Numbered from the stretch's first letter, positions 18,660-28,329 are shown. The stretch: 28,716 nt of DNA from Candidatus Nanopelagicales bacterium (GCA_041689635.1 JBDNFV010000322.1:1-28716), one strand, 5' to 3'. Numbers and translations are program-made. Notes: generated from the letters alone by a model not told the origin.

Positions 18660-18737
18660 GACATCAGGCCTAGCGTTAGGTAATTCGTAGGCCCGACCGG
18701 CTCCCGAAAGCCAACTGGGCAGATTGGAGCCCATCGC
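18660..18737 (+). promoter_or_regulatory. structured 5' leader of phoH2 with SD-sequestering stem
   Basis: GGCCTA(18667-72)/TAGGCC(18688-93). GGCTCC(18699-704)/GGAGCC(18726-31) pairs the GGAG SD. Inner GCC-AACTG-GGC (18710-20). Confidence 0.45.
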
Positions 18738-20048
18738 GTGCTTAATTCGGTCCCAACCCGCAAGACCTATGTTGTTGACACATCAGTTTTACTGTCAGAC
18801 CCGAGAGCGATTCTGAGATTTGACGAGCATGATGTTGTCATTCCCATAGTTGTGGTGACCGAACTTGAAGCAAAACGCGGTCACCCGGAGTTGGGGTACT
18901 TTGCCCGTAATGCGCTTCGCCTCCTTGACGACCTTCGGCTTGAGCACGGTCGACTCGATGCACCGCTGCCGATTGGCATTCACGGTGGAACGGTTCGAAT
19001 TGAGCTCAATCACTCCAATGTCGAGGTGTTACCAAGCGGACTTCGGCTCGGTGATAATGACACCCGTATTTTGGCCCTAGCGAAGAGTTTGAGTCTTGAA
19101 GGGCTCGACGTTGTCTTGGTCAGCAAAGACTTACCCATGCGGGTTAAGGCAAGTGCGGTTGGAATTTCGGCGGAGGAATATAAGGCCGAACTTGTTGTTG
19201 AATCTGGATATTCGGGAATAGCAGAAGTGGAAGTCGAAAATCACGAGTTGGATGAACTTTTTGAACACGGAGTGCTCGAGCACGATATTGCCTTTGATTA
19301 CCCGTGCCATTGCGGATTGGTGCTCCTATCCGACCGTGGCAGTGCACTGGCCAGGGTGAGCGCCGATAAAACACTCAAACTCGTGCGCGGGGATCGAGAA
19401 GCTTTTGGTATTCGCGGTCGCAGTGCCGAACAACGGATAGCGCTCGACATTTTACTCGATCCGGAGGTGGGGATTGTTTCCCTCGGTGGGCGGGCGGGTA
19501 CCGGCAAGAGCGCTCTCGCTTTGTGTGCTGGCTTAGAATCGGTCATGGAGCGCAAATTGCACAAAAAAGTTATCGTTTTCCGTCCCCTGTATGCGGTCGG
19601 TGGACAGGAACTTGGATACCTGCCAGGTTCAGAGTCGGAGAAAATGAATCCCTGGGGTCAGGCGGTGTTCGACACCTTAGGGGCGATCACCACCTCGCAG
19701 GTTGTGGACGAAATTGTAGATCGGGGAATGCTTGAGGTTTTGCCGCTGACGCATATCCGGGGCCGTAGTCTGCATGATGCTTTTGTGATCGTAGAAGAAG
19801 CGCAGTCCCTTGAGCGCAACGTGTTGCTCACCGTTCTTTCCCGGATTGGTAAAGACTCCCGGGTTGTTTTAACCCACGACGTTGCCCAGCGCGACAACCT
19901 TCGAGTTGGCCGCTTTGATGGGATTGTGGCGGTGGTCGAGAAGCTCAAAGGGCACCCACTTTTTGCTCACATCACCCTCACCCGTAGCGAACGCTCGGAG
20001 ATCGCCGCCCTGGTTACCGAGTTACTCGAGGACTACCCCAACGCTTAA
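18738..20048 (+). CDS. phoH2: PhoH2 (PIN-PhoH fusion; RNase/RNA helicase-ATPase)
   Basis: N-terminal PIN ([19 protein letters not shown]) and PhoH ATPase ([31 protein letters not shown]). Confidence 0.93.
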   Translation: MLNSVPTRKTYVVDTSVLLSDPRAILRFDEHDVVIPIVVVTELEAKRGHPELGYFARNALRLLDDLRLEHGRLDAPLPIGIHGGTVRIELNHSNVEVLPSGLRLGDNDTRILALAKSLSLEGLDVVLVSKDLPMRVKASAVGISAEEYKAELVVESGYSGIAEVEVENHELDELFEHGVLEHDIAFDYPCHCGLVLLSDRGSALARVSADKTLKLVRGDREAFGIRGRSAEQRIALDILLDPEVGIVSLGGRAGTGKSALALCAGLESVMERKLHKKVIVFRPLYAVGGQELGYLPGSESEKMNPWGQAVFDTLGAITTSQVVDEIVDRGMLEVLPLTHIRGRSLHDAFVIVEEAQSLERNVLLTVLSRIGKDSRVVLTHDVAQRDNLRVGRFDGIVAVVEKLKGHPLFAHITLTRSERSEIAALVTELLEDYPNA

Positions 20049-20064
20049 TGTGACGTAGGTCATA
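20049..20064. promoter_or_regulatory. CRP/GlxR-type binding site
   Basis: TGTGA-CGTAGG-TCATA is a 9/10 match to TGTGA-N6-TCACA. It is the first element of the intergenic region upstream of the Rpf-like gene. Confidence 0.55.
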
Positions 20065-20210
20065 TCCGCGATACTGGTCCAATTCCCCCAACAGATGCCG
20101 GTATTTCTGGTCTGATTGCAAAATAATCGGTCACAACCCGCCAATCGGGGGTGACAAATCCCAGTTTTTGAGGCACGGTGGGATCTGTTTGTTTTTCAGG
20201 GAAGGCATTT

Positions 20211-20819
20211 GTGCACAGATTCACACAGCTCGGCAGGAACACGGTCCTCGTGGCCGTCGCCCTTGCCCTAGCTTTTCCTACGACGTCGGCCTTCGCGGCA
20301 GACCCGATACCGGTGACACCCACAGAACCCGTTGTCGTTGACGGGGAGGCTGCCATCCCAGTAGGGGATGAAATAAATAATCCAAGCGCGGGGGCGAAGA
20401 TAAGTCGACAAGTTCGCGTTCAAGCGGAAACCGCCCATGCATTTGGATCCCCGGAATCTACCGACCGAATCGGTTTTGAAATCAGTCTTTATCAAGGCAA
20501 GTGGTACATGCCAAACCGTGAAGGCGTGCGCAAATGTATTTCAAAGATGGAATCCCACCACCATTACAAGGCTGGCAGTGGTGGCTACTACCGGGGCGCC
20601 TACCAATTTTCGAAGTCACTCACCCGTGGCGTTACCTGGATGATGCAACCGGAGGTAAAAAATGAGATGGGCGACTCTGGCGTAGATCTTGTACAGGCAT
20701 TACGCACAACACCTATGAACGAGTGGAATCGCTACTGGCAAGACCGAGCTTTTTGGACAATCTGGAATAACGGCAAAGGCAAGAGTCATTGGGGCGCCGG
20801 CAAAGGACTCTGTTTTTAG
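20211..20819 (+). CDS. secreted lysozyme-like/transglycosylase protein, divergent resuscitation-promoting-factor (Rpf)-like
   Basis: Signal peptide ending SAFA-A; CISKMES (putative catalytic Glu, codon 20550), GYYRGAYQF, WQDRAF, GKSHW..C; SD GGAAGG before GTG 20211. Confidence 0.65.
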   Translation: MHRFTQLGRNTVLVAVALALAFPTTSAFAADPIPVTPTEPVVVDGEAAIPVGDEINNPSAGAKISRQVRVQAETAHAFGSPESTDRIGFEISLYQGKWYMPNREGVRKCISKMESHHHYKAGSGGYYRGAYQFSKSLTRGVTWMMQPEVKNEMGDSGVDLVQALRTTPMNEWNRYWQDRAFWTIWNNGKGKSHWGAGKGLCF

Positions 20820-20831
20820 TGGCTCGTTTTT

Positions 20832-22490
20832 TTATGTGGGCGGACCAACGGGAATATTGGTTGCAATCGGTCTCAACGTCTCGGCAAAGAAGTCGTTTCC
20901 TTTGTCGTCGACTACTACGAATGCTGGGAAGTCAACAACGTCAATTTTCCAGACCGCTTCCATGCCGAGTTCTGGAAAGTCCAGCACGTCGACTTTAGTA
21001 ATGTTGTTTTGAGCTAATTTTGCGGCTGGCCCACCGATTGAGCCAAGGTAGAAACCTCCGTTTTCCTTGCAGGCCCGCGTTACTTCAGCGCTACGGTTTC
21101 CTTTTGCCAACATGACCATCGAACCGCCGGCTTTTTGAAACTGATCGACATAAGAATCCATCCGACCCGCGGTTGTCGGCCCGAATGAACCAGAGGCCAT
21201 GCCAACCGGAGTTTTTGCTGGCCCCGCGTAGTAGACGGCGAAATCTTTCAGATAGTCGGGCATTGGTTGTCCTTGATCAAGCATTGCCTTAATTCGCGCG
21301 TGGGCGAGATCTCGCGCAACTACCAGCGACCCAGTCAGTGAGACGCGAGTTCGAATGGGAAGTTTGCTGAGTTGCTCCCTGACCTCGTTCATTGGTGCAC
21401 TGAGATTGATATGTACGGTGGTGTCATCAAGATGTGAGTCGTCAACCTCGGGCAAGAAGTGTGCTGGCTCTGTTTCAAGTTTCTCAAGGAACACCCCCTC
21501 GGGAGTGATTTTTGCTCGTGCCTGCCTGTCCGCTGAACAAGAGACTGCAATCGCCACTGGGCAAGACGCACCGTGTCGTGGCAAGCGAATAACGCGCACG
21601 TCGTGACAGAAATACTTTCCACCGAACTGGGCGCCAATTCCAAATTCCTGGGTCTGCAGAAATACGTCATGTTCCATCTGTAAATCGCGGTAGCCGCGAC
21701 CATCGGGGGAACCGTGTACGGGCAGGCCGTCGAGGTAGTGAGCAGATGCCAGTTTGGCAGTTTTCAGGGCGTACTCCGCGCTTGTTCCTCCAACAACGAT
21801 TGCCAGGTGATACGGGGGACAGGCGGCGGTTCCAATCGATCGCAGTTTTTCGTCCAGAAATGACCGGAACTTTGCGGGGTTTAGTAATGCAGCGGTTTCT
21901 TGATAAAGAAAACTCTTATTAGCGCTTCCACCGCCTTTAGCCATAAAAAGAAATTCGTAGGACTGGTTTTTGTGCGGATCGGAGTACAATTCAATTTGCG
22001 CGGGCAGATTCGTTCCGGTGTTACGTTCCTCCCACATATTGATGGGTGAGAGTTGTGAATAGCGAAGATTTAGTTCGGCAAAAGCGTTAAATACCCCGAG
22101 GGAAATGTCTTCACTGTCGCGGCCAGGAGTCAGGACGTATTGACCACGCTTGCCCATAATGATCGCGGTTCCCGTGTCTTGACACATGGGCAGAACGCCG
22201 CCAGCGGCAATGTTCGCATTTTTGAGCAGGTCAAGGGCAACATATCGGTCATTTGGGCTGGCTTCGGGGTCGTCCAGAATCTTTTTGAGCTGTGCAAGAT
22301 GGTCGCTGCGAAGCAGGTGTGAAATATCGCGCATGGCGGCGAAGGTCAGTGCGGTTAATGCACTGGACTCAACCCGCAGGAATTCGTGATCACCGAGGCG
22401 CTCAACGTGAACGCCCTCGGTGGTAAGGAGTCGGTAAGGCGTTGAGTCGGTACCCAGTGGGAGTTGGTCGGTATAGACGAATTCGCTCAC
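20832..22490 (-). CDS. class I (Fe-S) fumarate hydratase, FumA/FumB type
   Basis: [48 protein letters not shown]; leaderless-type TAGTCT-N6-GTG. Confidence 0.95.
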   Translation of the reverse strand: MSEFVYTDQLPLGTDSTPYRLLTTEGVHVERLGDHEFLRVESSALTALTFAAMRDISHLLRSDHLAQLKKILDDPEASPNDRYVALDLLKNANIAAGGVLPMCQDTGTAIIMGKRGQYVLTPGRDSEDISLGVFNAFAELNLRYSQLSPINMWEERNTGTNLPAQIELYSDPHKNQSYEFLFMAKGGGSANKSFLYQETAALLNPAKFRSFLDEKLRSIGTAACPPYHLAIVVGGTSAEYALKTAKLASAHYLDGLPVHGSPDGRGYRDLQMEHDVFLQTQEFGIGAQFGGKYFCHDVRVIRLPRHGASCPVAIAVSCSADRQARAKITPEGVFLEKLETEPAHFLPEVDDSHLDDTTVHINLSAPMNEVREQLSKLPIRTRVSLTGSLVVARDLAHARIKAMLDQGQPMPDYLKDFAVYYAGPAKTPVGMASGSFGPTTAGRMDSYVDQFQKAGGSMVMLAKGNRSAEVTRACKENGGFYLGSIGGPAAKLAQNNITKVDVLDFPELGMEAVWKIDVVDFPAFVVVDDKGNDFFAETLRPIATNIPVGPPT

Positions 22491-22591
22491 GGGAGCAGAC
22501 TAGGCCGGCGTAGCCACAGTTGCTTTCACTAGGCACTGGTTTTTGCGGGCATTGGCGGTCATGATCAGCCGGATGGGGCCCGCAGGAAAGT

Positions 22592-23608
22592 TCACAGATC
22601 CGCTGGAAACACCACGGTGGAGTATTGTGAATTTGGCGCAAAATGGTGCTCACTTTTAATCTCACGAATGGTTTTGCTCTTGCTTCGCATCACAATTGAG
22701 TTCGTTGTCGGACCTTGTGGGGTGTAACGCACACCCTGTAATAACTCACCGTCGGTGATTCCGGTGGCGCAGAAAAAGTTATTGTCACCCGTCACCAAAT
22801 CGTGGGTACCAAGAATCCGGTTTAGGTCGTGGCCGGCATTAATGGCTTTATCTCGCTCCTTGTCCGTGGTTGGCCACAATTTGGCTTGAATTTCGCCACC
22901 GAGGGCGGTCATGGCGCACGCAGCAATAATTCCCTCCGGCGTCCCGCCAATGCCCATGAGGACGTCGATCCCCGTATTGGGTCGAGCAGCCATCACCGCC
23001 CCGGCGACATCCCCGTCAACAATGAATTTGATTCGGGCGCCAGCCTCACGGATCTCGCGCACAAGGTCGTCATGTCGAGGCCGATCCAGAATGCAGACGG
23101 TCAATTCGGAGACGGATTCACCTTTGGCTTTTGCAATCTGCGCCAGGTTCCATGCGGTAGGGGCTTCAATGTCAATGGACCCGGCTGCCTCTGGCCCAAC
23201 AACGAGCTTTTTCATATAAAAAACAGCACTCGGATCAAACATGGTCCCACGTTCCGCGACCGCAATTACCGAAATTGCGTTTGGCATACCTTTGGCCGCG
23301 AGGGTTGTTCCGTCAATTGGATCAACGGCCACGTCGGCGGCTGCTCCCGTGCCGTCACCAATCCGCTCACCGTTAAACAGCATCGGGGCTTGATCTTTTT
23401 CACCCTCACCGATTACCACAATTCCATTCATGCAGACCCCGCTGACCATGGTTCGCATGGCATTTACCGCAGCTCCGTCGGCACCGTTTTTGTCACCACG
23501 GCCTACCCAGCGAGCGGCCGCCATTGCGGCAGCCTCCGTGGCACGCACTAACTCAAGGGCCAGGTTTCGTTCCGGAACCGCTGCAGGCCGTGCTTGATGT
23601 CCGCTCAT
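22592..23608 (-). CDS. glpX: fructose-1,6-bisphosphatase class II
   Basis: [42 protein letters not shown]; start trimmed to ATG 23608 (TACGCT-N6). Confidence 0.95.
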   Translation of the reverse strand: MSGHQARPAAVPERNLALELVRATEAAAMAAARWVGRGDKNGADGAAVNAMRTMVSGVCMNGIVVIGEGEKDQAPMLFNGERIGDGTGAAADVAVDPIDGTTLAAKGMPNAISVIAVAERGTMFDPSAVFYMKKLVVGPEAAGSIDIEAPTAWNLAQIAKAKGESVSELTVCILDRPRHDDLVREIREAGARIKFIVDGDVAGAVMAARPNTGIDVLMGIGGTPEGIIAACAMTALGGEIQAKLWPTTDKERDKAINAGHDLNRILGTHDLVTGDNNFFCATGITDGELLQGVRYTPQGPTTNSIVMRSKSKTIREIKSEHHFAPNSQYSTVVFPADL

Positions 23609-23667
23609 GAGCGCAGCGTAGCGGTGTTGGGTGAGCCGCGACGGACTCAATGATCCATTATTAGTGG

Positions 23668-24222
23668 GTGACGACGCCAGTTCCAACCGGAAAGCGCACT
23701 GCCCGCATGCGTCAAACAGTGGGGGACATGGTGCGTTCACTAGCCGTTGTCCTCGGGCTCATTGGTATCCTGATGCTGTTTACCTGGCGTCCGACGCCCG
23801 ACCCTGTTCGTGAAGTCGATCCGATCCCCGTGTTGACATTGGCGACTGGACAGGCGAGTTTTTCCGTCGTTGTCCCCGACATTGAAGGGCTACGCGCAAC
23901 GAGCGTTCGCTGGAAGCCAACCCAGTATTCGCGGGATGAACCGGTCTGGCACGTGGGTTATGTAACGGAGGGCGGCGAATACGTAAAAATCACCCAGTCC
24001 GCGGCCACCAACGAAGAATTTCTTAAAAATGAACTTGTCGGGGTGACGCCAGAGGGCGAAACTTTCATTGGGACTCGAACGTGGTTGATATTTGAGGGTG
24101 ATAATTCACGGGCACTTGTCAACGTAAGCGCAGCGGCCACCACGGTCCTGAGCGGCACAGTCACGATGTTAGAACTCGAGGCGGCCGCTAACTCACTGGC
24201 TACCGCTCCTGTGTTGGAATAA
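23668..24222 (+). CDS. DUF4245 family membrane-anchored protein (Rv1100-like)
   Basis: [11 protein letters not shown] anchor, ATSVRW, WHVGYVT..GEYV, TTVLSGT; divergent from glpX as in other actinomycetes; CATTAT-N6-GTG. Confidence 0.8.
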   Translation: MTTPVPTGKRTARMRQTVGDMVRSLAVVLGLIGILMLFTWRPTPDPVREVDPIPVLTLATGQASFSVVVPDIEGLRATSVRWKPTQYSRDEPVWHVGYVTEGGEYVKITQSAATNEEFLKNELVGVTPEGETFIGTRTWLIFEGDNSRALVNVSAAATTVLSGTVTMLELEAAANSLATAPVLE

Positions 24223-24394
24223 TTCGCTCACTCGCGGCGTTGAGCCATTTTTCGCACACGTGTGCTAGGGCTTCTCCCTTTTCCCAAAGCGCAAGTGATT
24301 CTTCAAGGCTTTGCCCTCCACGCTCGAGTTGCGTAGCGATGCTGGCGAGTTCATCCCTTGCTTGCTCGTATCCGGGGTCTTCACTTTTAGCCAC
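24200..24394 (-). CDS. xseB: exodeoxyribonuclease VII small subunit
   Basis: YEQARDELASIATQLERG..SLEESLALWEKGE.L...CEKWL; SD AGGA; follows xseA. Confidence 0.92.
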   Translation of the reverse strand: MAKSEDPGYEQARDELASIATQLERGGQSLEESLALWEKGEALAHVCEKWLNAASERIIPTQER

Positions 24395-24406
24395 TGTGAT
24401 TCCTCA

Positions 24407-25549
24407 CTACTTGTTTTTAATTCGGATTGCGGAAAATTCGCCAACATTTACTCGGATATGAATTTGGTGATCGACCGTGACTTCCGACTCATTACGAATG
24501 ATCTGACCGTTGTCACTGTGAACGATTGCGTATCCACGTTCAAGGGTGGCGGCCGGGGAAAGTGCTCGAATTTGTGCACGAAGATGTTGAATCGTGGTTA
24601 ATTCCGAATCTATTAAATGTGTCACTCTCTGTGTCAGCCGGTTGCGCATTTCGTTTAACCGTAGTCGGTTTATGTCCAACGCATTAGAGATTGCGCGCGA
24701 TTTCCGTGCGCGTAAATCAGCTAAATTCTTGCGCTCTTCAATGACCGAAGGAACTATTCGCTTCGCAGCATCCGTTGGCGTGGAAGCCCGTAGATCGGCG
24801 ACAAAATCCAGCAATGGAGTGTCTTGTTCGTGTCCAATTGCACTCACAATTGGCGTAATGGCCACACTAACGGCTCGAACTAAAGCTTCGTTGCTAAAAG
24901 GGAGGAGATCTTCCATGCTGCCGCCGCCACGAGCGATCACGATGACGTCCAGTCCCAGAGCATCCAGTTCCTTCAGGGCCGCCGTGACTTCACCGACCGC
25001 GCTGACACCCTGAACGGCGACTTCTCGGATTTCAAAATCTGCCGCGGGCCAGCGCTCTTTCGTATGTTTGAGAACGTCATGCATCGCGTCACTCGCTCGA
25101 CCCGTGATCAGCCCAATACGCCCGGGCAGGAAGGGAAGGGGCCGTTTGCGTTCGGGGGCAAAGAGACCTTCTGCGGCCAGTTTTTCTTTCAGCGCGGCCA
25201 GTGACGCGAGTAACTCCCCTAATCCCACTGCTCGGATCTCGCGAGCGACCACCTGTAATGACCCCTGTTTGGCCCAAAAATCACACCGACCGTAAATAAT
25301 GATTCTCTGCCCCTCAACCAAGGGCGGATCCATGGCTCCAATGAGGGCCGAGTTCACCATGACTTTAAGTGAAAACTCAGCATCGGTGTCGCGAAGGGTA
25401 AGGAACTGCACGCTGGCCCCCGGGCGAGTCCGGTACTGGGCGACCTGGCCTTCAATCCAAATGGAACTCAGCCGGTTGATGTAGTCGTGGAGCAGGTTGG
25501 AAATCACCCGAACCGGTGCCGGTGATTGCTCTGAAGTCTCCAAGGTCAC
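24407..25549 (-). CDS. xseA: exodeoxyribonuclease VII large subunit
   Basis: IWIEGQV OB fold, KRPLPFLPGRIGLIT, ARGGGSMEDL, SAIGHEQD, STPTDAA, TLERGYA. GTG 25549 lies 6 nt after TAGGCT; TTG 25552 is the alternative start. Confidence 0.95.
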   Translation of the reverse strand: MTLETSEQSPAPVRVISNLLHDYINRLSSIWIEGQVAQYRTRPGASVQFLTLRDTDAEFSLKVMVNSALIGAMDPPLVEGQRIIIYGRCDFWAKQGSLQVVAREIRAVGLGELLASLAALKEKLAAEGLFAPERKRPLPFLPGRIGLITGRASDAMHDVLKHTKERWPAADFEIREVAVQGVSAVGEVTAALKELDALGLDVIVIARGGGSMEDLLPFSNEALVRAVSVAITPIVSAIGHEQDTPLLDFVADLRASTPTDAAKRIVPSVIEERKNLADLRARKSRAISNALDINRLRLNEMRNRLTQRVTHLIDSELTTIQHLRAQIRALSPAATLERGYAIVHSDNGQIIRNESEVTVDHQIHIRVNVGEFSAIRIKNK

Positions 25550-25555
25550 CAATGC

Positions 25556-25589
25556 AGCCTAGGCGGAGGGTGGGTCTTATGCCTACGAT
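25556..25589. promoter_or_regulatory. back-to-back leaderless-type -10 elements for xseA and ispH
   Basis: TAGGCT (25561-25556, minus) and TACGAT (25584-25589) each lie 6 nt from their start codon, with 22 nt between them. Confidence 0.55.
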
Positions 25590-25595
25590 AGAGGC

Positions 25596-26558
25596 ATGGC
25601 TTTAACAAAAAAAGTACTGCTGGCGGCCCCTCGCGGATACTGCGCAGGAGTTGACCGCGCAATCCTTACCGTCGAGAAGGCGCTGGACCTGTATGGAGCT
25701 CCACTCTATGTCCGTAAGGAGATCGTTCATAACAAGTTCGTTGTTGAGTCGTTAGAAAACCGCGGCGTAATTTTTGTCGATGAACTAGATGTTGTGCCTG
25801 AAGGTTCGACAGTTATTTTTTCGGCCCACGGAGTTGCCCCGAGCGTGCATGCAGAGGCCGCAGCGCGATCCCTGAAGACCATTGATGCGACCTGTCCCCT
25901 CGTAACCAAAGTGCACGCCGAAGCAAGGCGTTTTTCCAATGAAGGCTTGGACATTATTTTGATTGGTCATGCTGGACACGAAGAAGTCGAGGGGACAATG
26001 GGTGAAGCCCCCAATTCCATTACCTTGGTGCAGAACCCGGAAGAAGCACGAAACTTGGAAGTAAAAAATCCAGAGAAACTTATTTGGCTCTCCCAAACGA
26101 CCCTTTCCGTTGATGAAACAATTCAAACCGTCAATGTTCTGAAAGAGCGTTTCCCTGAAATGGCAAGTCCACCCAGTGACGATATTTGCTACGCAACCCA
26201 AAATCGACAGACTGCGGTGAAGGCGATGTCACCCAGTTGTGATGTCGTAATCGTGGTGGGTTCAGGCAACTCCTCGAATTCAGTTCGGCTCGTCGAGGTG
26301 GCACTTGATGCCGGGGCTAAATCTTCCTACCGGGTCGACAGTTTCCGGGAGCTGAAGAGCGAATGGGTGGAGGGTGCCTCAACGGTTGGCCTGACAAGTG
26401 GGGCTTCAGTGCCAGAACTGTTGGTGAATGAAGTGCTGGAGTGGCTGTCCACACACGGCTTTAATGACTGTGAAGAAGTTCGCACCGCTGAAGAGACGCT
26501 GATGTTCGCGCTGCCACCCGAATTAAGACGTGATATCAAAGCTGCAGCAGCCCAATAA
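25596..26558 (+). CDS. ispH: 4-hydroxy-3-methylbut-2-enyl diphosphate reductase
   Basis: [48 protein letters not shown]. Confidence 0.97.
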   Translation: MALTKKVLLAAPRGYCAGVDRAILTVEKALDLYGAPLYVRKEIVHNKFVVESLENRGVIFVDELDVVPEGSTVIFSAHGVAPSVHAEAAARSLKTIDATCPLVTKVHAEARRFSNEGLDIILIGHAGHEEVEGTMGEAPNSITLVQNPEEARNLEVKNPEKLIWLSQTTLSVDETIQTVNVLKERFPEMASPPSDDICYATQNRQTAVKAMSPSCDVVIVVGSGNSSNSVRLVEVALDAGAKSSYRVDSFRELKSEWVEGASTVGLTSGASVPELLVNEVLEWLSTHGFNDCEEVRTAEETLMFALPPELRRDIKAAAAQ

Positions 26559-26573
26559 TTTAGTGACATTTAT

Positions 26574-27239
26574 TTAGCGTTGGGATCTGCGACGAAATGC
26601 AACCACACCCAGCGCCATAATCGTTGAACCAATTACCCAGAACCAGTTATTCCCCAGAATGAAGAACACCGAAACAAACCTATTAATCAGTGACGTGTCG
26701 GTTACGTTGATTTGACCGACTGTTACCGCCATGACAAAGAAGGCAATTGCCGGAGCGAAAATCGCCTGGGAATCATCTTGTGAGCGAACCGCAAGGCTGA
26801 CAAAAACAGAAACTGCCAACAAGCCAACGCCGGAGAATGCCCCCGGCTCGCCACCGAAAACCAATACGTCAACCAGACCAAAAATAAGGGTTACCCCGAT
26901 GGTGATCCCGTAAATCCATGACGCACTTAAACTCCCGAACACAGCTCCGCGCCCGCGCGCGCGGCTGCGCTCTTCCGGGGGAACAACGGGCGCTGGCACA
27001 GGTTGTTTAATTCCAGCGTGGCCAACGCGCTCGGACCCTGGTGGAACATTTGCCCGCTCAAGGGTCCGCAATTTACCGGTGCGACTGGCGGGTAGGGCGA
27101 GCAACGCTTCTTCGTTGCCCTCAACTCCTTGGCTTTTGAAGACCCGTCCCGTTTCAACCGGACTCATTGCACTGGGTTCAACCGCAGGCTGGTCAGGGCG
27201 GAAAAGCGCTTCGTATTCGTCGCCGGGTTGGTCGGTCAC
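26574..27239 (-). CDS. membrane protein, DUF6542-like (Rv1111c position)
   Basis: Disordered Pro/acidic N-terminus plus four C-terminal TMs with AIFAPAIAF; convergent on ispH; GTG 27239 lies 6 nt after TACCCT. Confidence 0.6.
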   Translation of the reverse strand: MTDQPGDEYEALFRPDQPAVEPSAMSPVETGRVFKSQGVEGNEEALLALPASRTGKLRTLERANVPPGSERVGHAGIKQPVPAPVVPPEERSRARGRGAVFGSLSASWIYGITIGVTLIFGLVDVLVFGGEPGAFSGVGLLAVSVFVSLAVRSQDDSQAIFAPAIAFFVMAVTVGQINVTDTSLINRFVSVFFILGNNWFWVIGSTIMALGVVAFRRRSQR

Positions 27240-27252
27240 GGAGATAGGGTAC

Positions 27253-28323
27253 CTAATCTGGTTCCGGGAGTTCGGATGCGAACACTTCAAGAGGTGGGGT
27301 CGGTACGAGTTCGCTTTCGTTTTTCACTCCGCGGACGCCAAGGTCGGTGAGTGCCCGACCCGTTGGCCGAAGTCGGGTGTCGATGGAACGAACGGCCCCG
27401 TTGTAGTGACCGACAGCGGATCCGAGTGATTTACCCAGACTTGCAATGTGACCGAGGACGACATCAAGCCGCGAATACATCTCTTGGGAGAGTCGAGCAA
27501 TGTCTTGGGCCTGTTCGACCATGTCACTGTTTTGCCAACCGAGTGAGACCGCTCGAAGCAGCGCAAACAATGTGGTTGGTGTGGCTGGAACAATGTTTCG
27601 GCTAAATGCAAAATCAAGGAGATCGGGGCGCTGGTTCAGGGCAGCTTCGAGCAGTGCTTCAGACGGCAAGAACATCACGACGAAGTCGACGGACTCGCGG
27701 ACTTCTGAGCTGTAAGCCTTTCTGGCGAGTTGTTCAATGTGGCGAATGACCGCCTCTGCGTGTGCATTCATCAGCGCTTCGATGTTTTCCTCTGATTCCC
27801 TGCCAGCACTGCGAAGAAAGGAATCCATGGGAGTCTTTGCGTCAATCAAAATACAGCGTCCGTTGGAGAGCAATACCTGCAGATCCGGTCGCAACTTTCC
27901 TTGTGCACCATCAATCGTATTTTGATCGAGGAAATGGACCCGGTTAATCATGCCGGCTGCTTCAACCAGTCGGGTGAGTTCCATCTCCCCCCATCGCCCG
28001 CGGGCACCGGAACGGCTCAGCACCGAGCTGAGCTGCTGGGCTTGGGATTTAACTTCTGAGACCGAGCGAAGCAGAGTTTCGGACTGGTGTGCGAGTGAGC
28101 GGGTCAGTTCCGTCTGCAAGGTCGCCGAAGACTGCGCCGAGGAAATCTGCTGGGCTGAAACCGAATGGGTGATTCGATCAATCGCGTCGGAGAGGGAACT
28201 GAGTCCAGACTCAAGTTCGGGAACACCGGTGGAATGATTGCCCCGCGCTCCTAGGAAATATCCGAACCCGACACCCATAAACACGAGCGCAACTGCGGTG
28301 ATAAGGATGACTGCTGAGTCCAC
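27253..28323 (-). CDS. rmuC: DNA recombination protein RmuC
   Basis: N-terminal TM, coiled coil, RGRWGEMEL, LRPDLQV..., IDAKTP (PD-(D/E)xK), FVVMFLPSE, PATPTTL. Confidence 0.93.
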   Translation of the reverse strand: MDSAVILITAVALVFMGVGFGYFLGARGNHSTGVPELESGLSSLSDAIDRITHSVSAQQISSAQSSATLQTELTRSLAHQSETLLRSVSEVKSQAQQLSSVLSRSGARGRWGEMELTRLVEAAGMINRVHFLDQNTIDGAQGKLRPDLQVLLSNGRCILIDAKTPMDSFLRSAGRESEENIEALMNAHAEAVIRHIEQLARKAYSSEVRESVDFVVMFLPSEALLEAALNQRPDLLDFAFSRNIVPATPTTLFALLRAVSLGWQNSDMVEQAQDIARLSQEMYSRLDVVLGHIASLGKSLGSAVGHYNGAVRSIDTRLRPTGRALTDLGVRGVKNESELVPTPPLEVFASELPEPD

Positions 28324-28329
28324 CCACCG

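Noticed and set aside
18641-18662. TGTCGG upstream of phoH2 as a second PafBC promoter
   Set aside because: The hexamer 10 nt downstream is CGGGAC, not a -10 element.
20049-20210. c-di-AMP (ydaO) riboswitch before the Rpf-like gene
   Set aside because: Only short fragments (GGGGTGA, AACCCG) resemble it, and their order and spacing do not fit the aptamer.
22829-23551. 240-aa plus-strand ORF
   Set aside because: Lies wholly antisense to glpX with no motifs or initiation signals; typical shadow ORF.
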